A DNA stretch of 64,000 bases from Patescibacteria group bacterium (GCA_041651355.1 JBAZJK010000001.1:293883-357882), one strand, 5' to 3'. Shown: positions 19,707 to 29,682, counted from the stretch's first letter. Notes: generated from the sequence alone by a model not told the origin. Made by a program: numbers and translations.

Positions 19707-21188
19707 ATGAATCATCCAGATAAAAAAGAGGCCGCCCCTAACGAGCGGACCGACCGTTTGAAAAAATTAGAAACTTTGCAAGCTCTCGGCCTAGATCCTT
19801 ATCCCGCGACCGCTCGCCGCGACCATATGATCGCCGAGGTGCTAGCTAAATTTTCCCAATTAGAGAAGAAGTCAGATATTTTTTTCCTGTCCGGCCGCCT
19901 GCGCAGCCTGCGCACCCACGGCAACCTGACTTTTGCTAACTTGGAAGATTTTTCTGGCAATATCCAGGTCGCCCTCTCTAAGAATGACCTAGGAGGCGAG
20001 AGTTATAAGAATTTCGTGAAGTTGGTGGATGGCGGTGATTTCATTGAAGTAGAGGGCAGTTGTTTCGTGACCCATAAAGGTGAAGAAAGCGTCTTGGTAA
20101 AATCATGGCGCCTGCTGACCAAGGCTTTGCGGCCGGTTCCGGATGCTTGGTACGGCCTTAAAGATGAGGAGGAATTATTCCGGAAGCGATATTTAGATAT
20201 CTTACTCAATCCTGAAACTAAAAAAATGGTTCTGACTCGGGCTAAGTTTTGGCAAGCTACCAGGCAGTTCCTATTAGATCGCGGTTTCATCGAAGTTGAG
20301 ACTCCGGTTTTAGAAAATACGACCGGCGGTGCTGATGCCCGGCCTTTCGTCACTCATCATAATGCCTTGGATATGGATGTTTATCTGCGGATCTCCATGG
20401 GCGAATTGTGGCAGAAGAAATTAATGGTGGCGGGCTTGGAAAAGACTTTTGAAATCGGCCGGCAGTTCCGCAATGAAGGTATGGACGCCGAACACCTGCA
20501 GGATTATACCCAGATGGAATTCTATTGGGCTTACGCTAACTATGAGATGGGCATGGAACTGGTCGAGGAGATGTATAAGTATATCGCCCAGGCCGCTTTT
20601 GGTACTTTAAAATTCAAGATCAAAGGCTTTGATATTGATTTGGGTAAGAAATGGGAGCGCTATGATTACCGCGAGACAGTTTTAAATATGACCGGCGTCG
20701 ATGTCTTGAAGGCCTCCGAGAAGGAAATCAAGGCCAAGCTGGATGAGCTTAAGGTTGAATATGATCATAAAGGTTTTAATATTACAAGAGCGATGGATAA
20801 TCTTTGGAAATATTGTCGTAAGCAGATCGCTGGTCCCGGTTTCTTAGTGGGCACGCCAGTTACGGTTTCTCCTTTAGCAAAAAGGGATGAAAAGAATCCG
20901 GATTTAGCCCAGAAGTTCCAACCGATTATTGCCGGTTCCGAGGTTGGCAATGGCTATAGCGAGTTGAATAACCCGATTGATCAGGATATGCGTTTTAGGG
21001 AACAACAATCTTTGCGCGAGGCTGGCGATGACGAAGCCCAGATGTATGACCATGATTTCGTTGAAGCTTTGGAATATGGCATGCCGCCGACTTGCGGCTT
21101 CGGTTTCAGTGAGAGGCTGTTCAGTTTCTTGATGAATAAGAGCGCGCGCGAATGCCAAATTTTCCCCTTAATGAAACCGAGAGCTTAA
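19707..21188 (+). CDS. lysS: Lysyl-tRNA synthetase, class II
   Basis: 493 aa. OB-fold N-domain. Class II motifs FEIGRQFRNEG and GFGFSERL. Confidence 0.95.
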   Translation: MNHPDKKEAAPNERTDRLKKLETLQALGLDPYPATARRDHMIAEVLAKFSQLEKKSDIFFLSGRLRSLRTHGNLTFANLEDFSGNIQVALSKNDLGGESYKNFVKLVDGGDFIEVEGSCFVTHKGEESVLVKSWRLLTKALRPVPDAWYGLKDEEELFRKRYLDILLNPETKKMVLTRAKFWQATRQFLLDRGFIEVETPVLENTTGGADARPFVTHHNALDMDVYLRISMGELWQKKLMVAGLEKTFEIGRQFRNEGMDAEHLQDYTQMEFYWAYANYEMGMELVEEMYKYIAQAAFGTLKFKIKGFDIDLGKKWERYDYRETVLNMTGVDVLKASEKEIKAKLDELKVEYDHKGFNITRAMDNLWKYCRKQIAGPGFLVGTPVTVSPLAKRDEKNPDLAQKFQPIIAGSEVGNGYSELNNPIDQDMRFREQQSLREAGDDEAQMYDHDFVEALEYGMPPTCGFGFSERLFSFLMNKSARECQIFPLMKPRA

Positions 21189-21189
21189 T

Positions 21190-21618
21190 ATGCGTCTTTG
21201 GAGCCTGCATCCTAGGTATTTAGACCAGAAAGGCTTAGTAGCTCTCTGGCGGGAAGGCTTATTAGCCAAGAAAGTCTTAGAAGGGAAGACTAAAGGCTAT
21301 AAGAGACACCCGCAATTGCAGCGTTTCCAAGATAGTCCTCACGCGCTACATGATATCAACGCTTATCTGACCGCCGTCTACCAAGAAGCCAAGGAGCGCG
21401 GCTATAATTTCCAGGCGGCCAAGATAAGTTTTAAAAAGATTAAGAAACAGATAACTGTAAATGAGGGGCAGCTGGCCTATGAATTCCAGCATCTTCTAGC
21501 TAAATTATTAGTTAGGGATAAGGCTCGGCATAAGAGCCTGAAAGCTATTAAATCAATCGCCGCCGCGCCTCTTTTTAAAATTGTCAAAGGCGGCAAGGCT
21601 GATTGGGAAAAAGTATGA
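21190..21618 (+). CDS. Pyrimidine-dimer DNA glycosylase family protein (Pyr_excise-like)
   Basis: 142 aa. MRLWSLHPRYLDQKGLVALWREGLLAKKVL N-terminus matches this family, from memory. Confidence 0.6.
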   Translation: MRLWSLHPRYLDQKGLVALWREGLLAKKVLEGKTKGYKRHPQLQRFQDSPHALHDINAYLTAVYQEAKERGYNFQAAKISFKKIKKQITVNEGQLAYEFQHLLAKLLVRDKARHKSLKAIKSIAAAPLFKIVKGGKADWEKV

Positions 21619-22910
21619 AAAAAATCATTGCCAAGATAAAAAAACTTCTAAAGATCGCCGGCCCCGGGGTAATTACCGGAGCGGCTGATGATGATCCATC
21701 GGGTATCGCTACCTATACCCAGACCGGTGCTCAATTCGGCTATAGCCAGCTGTGGGCGACGATCGGCATCCTGCCTTTCCTAGTGGCCACCCAGGAAGCT
21801 TGCGCCCGGATCGGGGCTGTGACCGGGCAAGGACTCGCCGCGGTCATTAAAAAGAATTATAATAAGAAAATCCTTTTTTTCGCCGTGGCTTTGGTCGTTT
21901 TAGCTAACACTATCAATATCGGCGCTGATATCGGCGCTATGGCGGAAGCGGCCCAATTAATCATACCGGTTAATTTTACGATTCTGGCCCTGGTATTTAC
22001 CTCTCTGATCTTAGTCCTTGAGATTTTCGTACCCTATAAGAATTATTCTAAGATCTTGAAATGGCTAGTTATCGCTCTCTTGTCTTATCCGATTACGGTT
22101 TTCTTGGTGCGCGAACCTTGGCTTTTGATCTTAAAGAATACCTTTGTCCCCAACATCCAGTTCGACTTTAATTTTTTCTTCATCATCACCGGTGTGCTGG
22201 GAACGACGATTTCTCCCTATATGTTTTTTTGGGAAGCTTCGGAAGAAGTAGAGGAGGAGAAAATCAAGCATATCTGGCGCCGTAACCTTTTTCCGCGGGG
22301 CCTGAAGAAATTCTTGCATAATCTCCAGATCGATAATTTTGTCGGCATGCTGTTTTCTAATTTAGCCGCTTGGTGCATTATCGTGCTGGCGGCCACAGTC
22401 TTGCATTCTAACGGGATTACAGACGTCGCTAATGCGGCAGATGCGGCTAGAGCTTTAGAGCCCCTGGTTAACACTTTCCCTAATGCCGGGCTTCTAGCTA
22501 AAATTATTTTTGCTGTTGGCATCATTGGTTTGGGTTTGTTAGCCGTTCCAGTCCTTTCCGGTTCGGCTTCCTATGCCATGTCCGAAGCTTTCGGCTGGAA
22601 TGAGGGCTTGAACCATAGGTTTAGGAAGGCCCAGCATTTTTATGGAGTTATTATTGTAGCGACTCTTATCGGCCTCATCATCAATTTTATCGGTATCGAC
22701 CCGATTAAGGCTTTGGTGTTTACCGCCGTCTTTAATGGCGTCGTGTCCGTCCCTTTGTTGTTTTTGATTGCTAAAATCGCCAGGAGCGAGAAGATTATGG
22801 GCGAGTATCGGAGCGGGGGAGTAAGTAATTTCCTGGTTTGGGGGACTTTTGCCGTCATGGCCCTGTCTTCTATAATCATGTTCTATACTTTAGGGCGTTC
22901 ACTATTCTAA
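21615..22910 (+). CDS. NRAMP-family divalent metal transporter
   Basis: GPGVITGAADDDPSGIATYTQTGAQFGY motif, polytopic. The ATG at 21615 overlaps the upstream stop (ATGA). The ORF track uses a TTG at 21603. Confidence 0.8.
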   Translation: MKKIIAKIKKLLKIAGPGVITGAADDDPSGIATYTQTGAQFGYSQLWATIGILPFLVATQEACARIGAVTGQGLAAVIKKNYNKKILFFAVALVVLANTINIGADIGAMAEAAQLIIPVNFTILALVFTSLILVLEIFVPYKNYSKILKWLVIALLSYPITVFLVREPWLLILKNTFVPNIQFDFNFFFIITGVLGTTISPYMFFWEASEEVEEEKIKHIWRRNLFPRGLKKFLHNLQIDNFVGMLFSNLAAWCIIVLAATVLHSNGITDVANAADAARALEPLVNTFPNAGLLAKIIFAVGIIGLGLLAVPVLSGSASYAMSEAFGWNEGLNHRFRKAQHFYGVIIVATLIGLIINFIGIDPIKALVFTAVFNGVVSVPLLFLIAKIARSEKIMGEYRSGGVSNFLVWGTFAVMALSSIIMFYTLGRSLF

Positions 22911-22913
22911 GCT

Positions 22914-23696
22914 ATGGCTATCATTGAAGTAAATAATCTAAGTAAAAAGTTCAGAGACTTTACAGCCGTATCCGGTTTGTCTTTTCAGGTGTCTGCCGGT
23001 GAAATTGTTGCTTTTTTGGGTCCGAACGGAGCCGGCAAGACGACGACTATCAAGATGCTGACAACGGTTTTGAAGCCGACAGGCGGTCAGCTATCTTTGG
23101 CTGGGGCTAATCCGGTGACGGAAAAGAACCGCGCCCGGCAAGCTTTCGGGATAGTATTCCAAGACGCCAGCCTAGACGAAGAGTTGACTGCCTATGAGAA
23201 TATGCTGGTACACGCTGTTTTATATCATCTGCCAGCCAAGGGCCGGAAAGAGAAGATAGACCAGTTGCTTAGTTTTGTAGAGCTGGCTGATCGGCGCCGG
23301 GAATTAGTCAAAAACTTTTCCGGCGGCATGAAGCGGCGTTTAGAGATTGCTAAGGGTCTTTTGCATCATCCTCAAATACTATTTCTAGATGAGCCCACCC
23401 AAGGTCTTGATCCCCAAACTCGCCATCATATCTGGGACTATATCAAGAAGTTGAACCAGACAGAAAAGATGACTGTTTTCTTTACCACTCATTATATCGA
23501 GGAAGCGGACAAGATGGCTGACCGGGTAATCATAGTTGACCATGGCCGGATAATAGCTATTGGCTCGCCGGCAGAGCTCAAGAGTCAAGCGCAAACGGAC
23601 GACTTGGAAGGAGCATTTATAAAACTGACCGGTTCGGTGATCAGGGAGGAGAAGGCTGACGGTCTTGATCGGATGCGGCGCCGTTTCCACCATTAA
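22914..23696 (+). CDS. ABC transporter ATP-binding protein (ABC-2 type)
   Basis: Walker A GPNGAGKTT, signature SGGMKRRL, Walker B ILFLDEP. Confidence 0.9.
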   Translation: MAIIEVNNLSKKFRDFTAVSGLSFQVSAGEIVAFLGPNGAGKTTTIKMLTTVLKPTGGQLSLAGANPVTEKNRARQAFGIVFQDASLDEELTAYENMLVHAVLYHLPAKGRKEKIDQLLSFVELADRRRELVKNFSGGMKRRLEIAKGLLHHPQILFLDEPTQGLDPQTRHHIWDYIKKLNQTEKMTVFFTTHYIEEADKMADRVIIVDHGRIIAIGSPAELKSQAQTDDLEGAFIKLTGSVIREEKADGLDRMRRRFHH

Positions 23697-23700
23697 ACAT

Positions 23701-24447
23701 ATGGAGATAATTTATATTCTGTGGCTTAGGCAAATAAAGCGCTATTTACGTTCCCGGGCGCGTATCATTGGTTCTTTAGGACAACCCTTGCTTTTTATGG
23801 TCGCTCTTGGATTCGGCTTCGGTCCGATCTTCCAAAAGGCTGGGGCTGGCAATTATATCCAGTTCTTGGTGCCAGGTGTTATCGCGATGACGATTTTATT
23901 TACCGCCGTTTTTAACGGTTTAGAGATAATCTGGGATCGTCAGTTCGGTTTCTTGAAGGAGATGTTGGTAGCGCCAGTTTCCCGTTTGCAAATAATGGTT
24001 GGCCGTAATCTGGGCGGAGCGACTATTGCTGTTATCCAAGGCTTGATCGTCCTGCTTTTATCTTTTTTGATCGGCTTCCGCTTGGATAATTGGTGGAGCA
24101 TTTGGCCGGCCCTTGGTTTCATGTTCCTGATCGCTTATCTTTTCACTCTTTTTGGTACGGCCATCGCCTCTCTGGTTAGGGATATGCAGGGCTTCCAGTT
24201 AATCATGAATTTCTTGATTATGCCTCTGTTTTTTTTGTCAGGTGCTTTTTTCCCCTTGGATGAATTACCCCGGCCCTTGCTGCTTGTTGTTAAAGTCGAC
24301 CCCCTGTCCTATGGGGTTGATGCTATTCGTGGCGTCTTGGCTGGCTTGAATCATTTTTCCTTGTTTACAGATTTTGCCGTTCTTGGGATATTGATAGTTA
24401 TCCTGCTTATAGTAGCTAGCTATCTTTTCTCCAGGATTGAGGCCTGA
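23701..24447 (+). CDS. ABC-2 type transporter permease
   Basis: About 248 aa from the ATG at 23701, six TM segments. Immediately follows the ATPase gene. Confidence 0.8.
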   Translation: MEIIYILWLRQIKRYLRSRARIIGSLGQPLLFMVALGFGFGPIFQKAGAGNYIQFLVPGVIAMTILFTAVFNGLEIIWDRQFGFLKEMLVAPVSRLQIMVGRNLGGATIAVIQGLIVLLLSFLIGFRLDNWWSIWPALGFMFLIAYLFTLFGTAIASLVRDMQGFQLIMNFLIMPLFFLSGAFFPLDELPRPLLLVVKVDPLSYGVDAIRGVLAGLNHFSLFTDFAVLGILIVILLIVASYLFSRIEA

Positions 24448-24508
24448 TTGACTAAGAGACAGATGTCTATTATATTATAAATCAGCGGCTTTATGCCGCG
24501 CTTTAGAT

Positions 24509-24579
24509 TCGGGGATCGTCTAATGGTAGGACAGCAGGTTCTGGCCCTGCTAATCGGGGTTCAAATCCCTGTCCCCGAG
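24509..24579 (+). tRNA. tRNA-Gln (anticodon CTG)
   Basis: Folded by hand. Acceptor TCGGGGA/TCCCCGA (U1:A72 as in bacterial tRNA-Gln). D arm GTCT-AATGGTA-GGAC. Anticodon arm GCAGG-TTCTGGC-CCTGC. T arm CGGGG-TTCAAAT-CCCTG. Discriminator G. CCA not encoded. Confidence 0.85.
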
Positions 24580-24719
24580 CACCTATATAAAAACGAGCAG
24601 AAATGCCCGTTTTTATTATGTTTAATTAGTTCGAAAATAACATCACATTTTTTTATCTTTAGCAAATGCTCTGATTTTATTGACTTAAAAAAGTTCGAAT
24701 CCCTTTGCCTATTTTTTAT

Positions 24720-24764
24720 TTGACAGCCGTTTTGTTAAAAAGTATCATATCAATATAAATTGAT
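24720..24764 (+). promoter_or_regulatory. Promoter plus candidate ArsR operator
   Basis: TTGACA (24720-24725), 17-nt spacer, TATCAT (24743-24748). Immediately followed by the inverted repeat ATCAAT-ATAA-ATTGAT (24749-24764), 11 nt before the arsR start. Confidence 0.55.
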
Positions 24765-24775
24765 TATATAAATTT

Positions 24776-25090
24776 ATGAAAGCAAAATGTTGTACGAATA
24801 AAAAGCTAACCGAGGAATTTTCTAACCTCGCTAAGTTTCTACGGATTATCAGTGACGATAATCGTTTAAGAATTTTATGCTTACTCAAAAATGGGGAACG
24901 CTGTGTTTGCGAAATATATCCTAACCTTGATTTATCTCAAAATCTTGTTTCTAGTCATTTAAAAGTTATGCTTGATTTTGGCTTGCTTAAAATTAGACAA
25001 GAATGGAAGAAAAACTATTACTCTATTAATCCAATAATATTTAAAAAATATAATTTATCATTAACCAATTTCTTTAAAAACTATGAATAA
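24776..25090 (+). CDS. arsR: ArsR/SmtB-family transcriptional repressor
   Basis: 104 aa. Winged HTH. LSDDNRLRILCLL and CVCEI metal-site motif. Confidence 0.8.
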   Translation: MKAKCCTNKKLTEEFSNLAKFLRIISDDNRLRILCLLKNGERCVCEIYPNLDLSQNLVSSHLKVMLDFGLLKIRQEWKKNYYSINPIIFKKYNLSLTNFFKNYE

Positions 25091-25388
25091 GCAAATTACC
25101 TCGATTCAAGTTTTGGGCTCCGGTTGCCCAACTTGTAAAAAACTATTTGAATTAACTCAAAAAGCAGTTGTTGAATTAGAGTTAAAAACAGAAGTTGAAT
25201 ATATTACCGATATTCAAAAGATTATCGAGCTTGGTGTGATGTCATCTCCGGTTTTAACAATTAACGGTAAAGTGGCCTTAGTCGGCCAATTACCCGGTCT
25301 AGAAAAGATAAAAGAATTGCTTGCTTTAAACAGCCAACCAAAGATAGAAGAATCTATTAGTAGTTGTTCTTGTGGTGGTAAGTGCTAA
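25083..25388 (+). CDS. Thioredoxin-fold redox-active disulfide protein (small, CxxC)
   Basis: 101 aa. VLGSGCPTCKKL CxxC near the N-terminus. C-terminal CSCGGKC. Confidence 0.75.
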   Translation: MNKQITSIQVLGSGCPTCKKLFELTQKAVVELELKTEVEYITDIQKIIELGVMSSPVLTINGKVALVGQLPGLEKIKELLALNSQPKIEESISSCSCGGKC

Positions 25389-25396
25389 ATAAAAAT

Positions 25397-26377
25397 ATGG
25401 ACATTTTTTACCCTATACAATGGTTGGCGGATTTAGTAAGTTACAATTTATTAGGATTAGTTAAAGATTCTTATTTAGCTAATGCTGTTAATTTTTTTAT
25501 TTACGACACGATAAAAATTGGGCTTTTATTGTTAGTTATAAACTTGGTAATGGCAGCTGTAAATTATTATTTTCCCATGGAAAGGGCTAGGGATATTTTG
25601 ACTAAGAAGCGTTGGTTGGGTATGAATTATCTAATAGCGGCTTTACTTGGTATAGTCACCCCGTTTTGTTCTTGTTCTTCTATCCCGCTATTTATTGGCT
25701 TTATGGCTGCTAGAATACCGCTAGGCGTGACCTTTGCCTTTTTAATTAGCTCACCACTTATTAATGAATCTTCATTATATTTATTTCCAGCGATGTTCGG
25801 CATGAAAGTAACTATTCTTTATAATTTATTTGGGTTAGCGATTGCGGTTTTAGGCGGAATGCTTATACAAAAATTAAAATTAGAAAAATACGTAAAGCCC
25901 GAATTTTTGAATATTAAGTCACGAGCTAAAATGGAGACGACTATTAACGGGGATAAGCCTAAATTTAAAAAACTTCTCAAAGATTTTTGGCTAGATGGTT
26001 TTGCTTTAACTAAAAAAATATATCCTTACGTAATCTTAGGTGTTGGCGTTGGAGCTATTATTCATGGTTTTATTCCTAGTGATATAATTGGGCAATATTT
26101 GTCAGCCAAATCACTATGGACAGTTCCATTAGCAGTTATTTTTGCCGTTCCTCTGTATGCTAATTCTGTAACTGTTTTGCCAATAATGGAAGCCTTGGTT
26201 GGTAAGGGTGCCCCCCTAGGTACCGTTTTAGCTTTTATGACGGCAATCGTTACCTTGTCGCTGCCAGAGGCGATAATAATAAAAAAAGTGATGCGTTGGC
26301 CGCTTTTATTAATCTTTTTCGGTATCACAACGATTGGAATTATAATAATGGGTTATCTATTTAATATAATTTTATAA
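25397..26377 (+). CDS. COG0701-type permease, ArsP-like (PFCSCS motif)
   Basis: Polytopic. TPFCSCSSIPLF motif characteristic of this permease family. The ATG at 25397 is preferred over the GTG at 25382. Confidence 0.7.
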   Translation: MDIFYPIQWLADLVSYNLLGLVKDSYLANAVNFFIYDTIKIGLLLLVINLVMAAVNYYFPMERARDILTKKRWLGMNYLIAALLGIVTPFCSCSSIPLFIGFMAARIPLGVTFAFLISSPLINESSLYLFPAMFGMKVTILYNLFGLAIAVLGGMLIQKLKLEKYVKPEFLNIKSRAKMETTINGDKPKFKKLLKDFWLDGFALTKKIYPYVILGVGVGAIIHGFIPSDIIGQYLSAKSLWTVPLAVIFAVPLYANSVTVLPIMEALVGKGAPLGTVLAFMTAIVTLSLPEAIIIKKVMRWPLLLIFFGITTIGIIIMGYLFNIIL

Positions 26378-26386
26378 AATTAAATT

Positions 26387-26857
26387 ATGAAGAAAAATAT
26401 ATTTCTCTTTATTACTTTAGGGGCGCTCATCTTAACCCTAACAGGCTGTTCTGGCGATCAAAAAATAACCTATTTTAACGAAGATGGTAGTTCCAAAACT
26501 GTAGCAGTAAAAGACATTGTTAAGCCTGATAAAATAGAGGTGTATCTCTTTCATGCTACTCAGCGTTGCGCTACCTGTATTGCCATTGGCCGCCTAGCCG
26601 GCGAAACTGTTAACGAATATTTTCAGCCGGAATTACGAGACGGAAAAATAGAATTTAGAGAAATAAATATTGATCTGCCGGAAAACAAAGAATTAGCCGA
26701 AAAGTTTGGAGCCACCGGCTCAGCCCTGTATACAAATGTTATTGTTAAAGGGCAAGATGCTATTGCGCAGGATGTTAAGGTGTGGCGCTTAACTACAAAT
26801 GAAGAGGCTTTCAAGAGCTATTTAAAAGATAAACTTAATACCCAGTTAGGAAAATAA
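26387..26857 (+). CDS. Lipoprotein with thioredoxin-like CxxC domain (resembles the family annotated as ArsF-like)
   Basis: Lipobox LTLTGCSG. HATQRCATCIAIG CxxC. The family name is recalled from memory and not verified. Confidence 0.5.
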   Translation: MKKNIFLFITLGALILTLTGCSGDQKITYFNEDGSSKTVAVKDIVKPDKIEVYLFHATQRCATCIAIGRLAGETVNEYFQPELRDGKIEFREINIDLPENKELAEKFGATGSALYTNVIVKGQDAIAQDVKVWRLTTNEEAFKSYLKDKLNTQLGK

Positions 26858-26858
26858 T

Positions 26859-27593
26859 ATGGAAATTATAAATAGCCTAATAGATAATTATAATATACCA
26901 TTGCTTTCCGCCTTTCTTTTGGGAATATTAACTTCAATTAGCCCGTGCCCCTTAGCTACTAACATCACGGCGGTTGCCTTTATTTCCAAAGATTTTAAAA
27001 ATCCCGAACGCTCACTTTGGAATGGCTTGTATTATACTTTGGGACGAGCTTTAAGTTATATAATCATCGCCGCCTTAATTTATTTTGGCTTTTCAACTTT
27101 TAAAATAGCCGGAATTTTTCAAGGTTGGGGCGATAAAGTCTTGGGATTGGTAATGATTATTATCGGCCTGTTAATGTTTGGGTTTATAAAAATCAATCTC
27201 AATTTTAAAAGTGAGAAAATAGAAAAAGCTAAAGTTTGGCTGGCTAGACAGGGCTACCTTGGATCATTTCTATTGGGCATGCTCTTTGCATTAGCATTTT
27301 GTCCATATAGCGGTGCTTTATTTTTTGGGGCAGTTATTCCATTAATCATACATTCTCATTCCGGACTACTATTAAGCCCGATATTTGGCTTAGGAACTGG
27401 GTTGCCTGTTGTTATTTTTGCTTTTTTATTAGCTTATAGCACTCAAAAGATTGGCAAGACATTCTCTGTTATACAGAAAATTGAGAAAGTAATGCGGTAT
27501 TTAGTGGCAACTATTTTTATTTTAGTTGGTATATATTATTCTCAATTTTTGTTGTCATATCTTGTCAGTTTTTTTCAACAAATTGGCAAATAA
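26859..27593 (+). CDS. DsbD/CcdA-like transmembrane protein (resembles the family annotated as ArsG-type efflux permease)
   Basis: 244 aa, six TM segments. SISPCPLATN and FCPYSG Cys-Pro motifs, one in each half. Confidence 0.55.
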   Translation: MEIINSLIDNYNIPLLSAFLLGILTSISPCPLATNITAVAFISKDFKNPERSLWNGLYYTLGRALSYIIIAALIYFGFSTFKIAGIFQGWGDKVLGLVMIIIGLLMFGFIKINLNFKSEKIEKAKVWLARQGYLGSFLLGMLFALAFCPYSGALFFGAVIPLIIHSHSGLLLSPIFGLGTGLPVVIFAFLLAYSTQKIGKTFSVIQKIEKVMRYLVATIFILVGIYYSQFLLSYLVSFFQQIGK

Positions 27594-27635
27594 AGTCCGA
27601 AAGCAGTCCCTCCAAGCGAGTAATCATATATAAAA

Positions 27636-27666
27636 ATAGGCTAATTTGTGTCTATTTTTGTTTTTA
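27636..27666 (+). terminator. Terminator after the ars-like cluster
   Basis: ATAGGC / GTCTAT stem (one G-T pair), 8-nt loop, T run. Confidence 0.5.
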
Positions 27667-27669
27667 ATA

Positions 27670-27698
27670 TTGACAAATTATTAATTATATTACATAAT
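27670..27698 (+). promoter_or_regulatory. Sigma70-like promoter
   Basis: TTGACA, 17-nt spacer, CATAAT. Lies 28 nt upstream of the GTG at 27726. Confidence 0.55.
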
Positions 27699-27725
27699 TA
27701 TTGCAGAATTTTAAAACCCTAGACC

Positions 27726-28301
27726 GTGAAAATTAAAAATGTTATTTTTTTCGGCTTATTATGGGGAGTAATTTATTTCGGAACCAACAATATAATGCTG
27801 TTCACCGCCCGTGAGTTTCCATTATTTCCATTTGAAAGTAAGATTTCGATGAATGAATATTGGATGATTCCTTACGTTTCTTGGATCATTTATATTGTCG
27901 CTTTTTGTTTATCCATTAAAAAAGAGGCAAGAAAATTTATTTTGTTGGCAACACTTTTAGTGGTTATTCATGCTTTGATATTTATTTTTTACCCAGTTGA
28001 GTTTCCTAGGCATTACGATTTCAATTCGCTTTGCGCGGTAAACAAATTCTTATTAAGTTGCGATAACCCGCGGAATTGCTTTCCCAGCTTGCACGTATCT
28101 TTAATTTTCCTAACATTATTATCCGCTCGATTGCTTGGTATATCAAAAATAATGCGCTACCTCTTTGCGATTTGGGGTGCAGTTATCATGATTTCCGTAA
28201 TCTTTGTGAAACAGCATTACTTGATTGATGTACTGGTCGGAATAATAATGACTACCATTTATTTTTATTTATTTAAAAATAGATTTCGAGAGAGCTTTTA
28301 A
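27726..28301 (+). CDS. PAP2-superfamily membrane phosphatase/transferase (PAP2_C-like)
   Basis: 191 aa, polytopic. FPSLHV and KQHYLIDVLVG motifs. Confidence 0.55.
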   Translation: MKIKNVIFFGLLWGVIYFGTNNIMLFTAREFPLFPFESKISMNEYWMIPYVSWIIYIVAFCLSIKKEARKFILLATLLVVIHALIFIFYPVEFPRHYDFNSLCAVNKFLLSCDNPRNCFPSLHVSLIFLTLLSARLLGISKIMRYLFAIWGAVIMISVIFVKQHYLIDVLVGIIMTTIYFYLFKNRFRESF

Positions 28302-28322
28302 TTGTTGGAGCTCTCTTTTTTA
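28290..28322 (+). terminator. Terminator overlapping the PAP2 gene stop
   Basis: GAGAGCT / AGCTCTC stem, 12-nt loop containing the stop codon, T6 run. Confidence 0.6.
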
Positions 28323-28331
28323 AAATAAAAC

Positions 28332-28400
28332 AGTTCTAATTATATCCCAATTCCTGAGTGAGTAGACAAAATACCGCTTTTCGTGGTATTTTTTGTATAT
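28332..28400 (+). repeat. Intergenic hairpin-promoter module, copy A
   Basis: AGTTCTAAT...TAGACAAAATACCGCTTTTCGTGGTATTTTTTGTATAT. Hairpin ATACCGC-TTTTC-GTGGTAT. Sits directly upstream of the ATG at 28399. Confidence 0.8.
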
Positions 28401-28866
28401 GAATAATTTTTTGGAAAAAATTTTACACATCTTAAGCAAATTAAACATCGCGCCAGTTATATATGGATCTTTTGGCGCATCTCTTTATCTTGGCAATTTC
28501 AAAGAATTTGGAGACATCGATATACTCATCGAGGATAATTATATCTCTAATGACTGGGAAGAGTTTAAGAAAACACTTGAAGTAGACGGCTTTACCTTAA
28601 TTAATGAAAAGGAACATGAATTTGCATTTAACGGTAAGCAAGTCGGATTTGCTGGGAAAAGTATATTAATCAGGGATGGGATAATTAAAGATTATAAAGA
28701 GCTGGTCCGATATAAAGATAAGAATGCCCATACCTTAACCCCAGCCGATTTTTTAAGGGCTTACGAGTTCAGCTTCAAAGATGGATATCGTGTTAATAAT
28801 CGAGCCAAAAACGATCATGACATTATCCTAAAGTTGAAAGATTACATAGCGGCCAATGGTAAGTAG
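28399..28866 (+). CDS. Minimal nucleotidyltransferase-fold protein (antibiotic-NTase-like)
   Basis: YGSFGASLYLGNFKEFGDIDILI, i.e. the GS...DxD NTase signature. 155 aa from the ATG at 28399. Confidence 0.6.
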   Translation: MNNFLEKILHILSKLNIAPVIYGSFGASLYLGNFKEFGDIDILIEDNYISNDWEEFKKTLEVDGFTLINEKEHEFAFNGKQVGFAGKSILIRDGIIKDYKELVRYKDKNAHTLTPADFLRAYEFSFKDGYRVNNRAKNDHDIILKLKDYIAANGK

Positions 28867-28925
28867 TTCCAATTGCATACTAAGCTCTGAGCAGTTTAAA
28901 ATAGCCCTATTTTAGTAGGTATAAT
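28865..28925 (+). repeat. Intergenic module, diverged copy B
   Basis: Begins (T)AGTTCCAAT overlapping the stop codon, as in copy C. Ends in TTTAAA...CCTA-TTTTAG-TAGG hairpin...TATAAT. Confidence 0.55.
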
Positions 28926-28979
28926 TGAAGTTTAAGGTAAATAGTGCCAATATTAAAATAAATAAATCAAAATATAATT

Positions 28980-29612
28980 ATGACCATTTGGGATAATATT
29001 TATAAAAAATATAAAAAGGATGGGCAAGAATACGCTACTTTACAGCCAGGTTTAATTCCGGAGTTTTTAAATTTTATTCAGAAACGGGATTTTAAGATAA
29101 AACAAGTTTTGGATATCGGCTGTGGTAATGGGAAATATTTAATTTTTTTAAAAAGTTTAGGCTTTAAGACCGATGGGATTGATTCTAGCCCGACCGCAGT
29201 GGAAATGACTAAAGAGATTTTAAAAGATGACTCAAATATATTATTAGCTGATATATATAAATATGATTTGCCTAAAGAGCAATATGATCTGGTAATTTCC
29301 ATAGCTGCTATTCATCATGGTTTGAAAGCACAGGTCAATCGAGCCATAAAACAGATTTATCCGGCTCTTTTGCCAGGAGGAAGTTTTTTTGTTACCTTAC
29401 CAGATAATGAAGGCAGTTCACATTGGACTAGCATGGTCGAACATAAGGAAATAGAACCAGGGGTCAGAGCGCCTCTGCATGGCCCCGAGGCAGGTTTGCC
29501 CCACAGCTCTTTTACTAAGGAAGAGATAAAAGAAATGTTTTCTGATTTTGCTAAGGTTGATATGCAACTCTTGGCTGATAGAGGTAGATGGATTATAACT
29601 GGTACAAAATAG
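28980..29612 (+). CDS. Class I SAM-dependent methyltransferase
   Basis: VLDIGCGNGKY motif I. 210 aa. Confidence 0.8.
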   Translation: MTIWDNIYKKYKKDGQEYATLQPGLIPEFLNFIQKRDFKIKQVLDIGCGNGKYLIFLKSLGFKTDGIDSSPTAVEMTKEILKDDSNILLADIYKYDLPKEQYDLVISIAAIHHGLKAQVNRAIKQIYPALLPGGSFFVTLPDNEGSSHWTSMVEHKEIEPGVRAPLHGPEAGLPHSSFTKEEIKEMFSDFAKVDMQLLADRGRWIITGTK

Positions 29613-29682
29613 TTCCAATCTTCTCCCAAACTCCGAACTAGATAGACAAAATACCACTTCTTGTGGTATTTTTGTTATATAT
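29611..29682 (+). repeat. Intergenic hairpin-promoter module, copy C
   Basis: AGTTCCAAT...TAGACAAAATACCACTTCTTGTGGTATTTTTGTTATATA. Perfect hairpin ATACCAC-TTCTT-GTGGTAT. Confidence 0.8.

Noticed and set aside
19676-19723. 15-codon uORF (MLNQENKLVKYESSR) overlapping the lysS start out of frame
   Set aside because: It is too short, has no SD, and no leader-peptide logic could be recognised. It is likely chance.
24493-24723. 76-aa ORF overlapping tRNA-Gln
   Set aside because: It spans the tRNA gene and its terminator. It is better explained as a chance open frame in AT-rich intergenic DNA.
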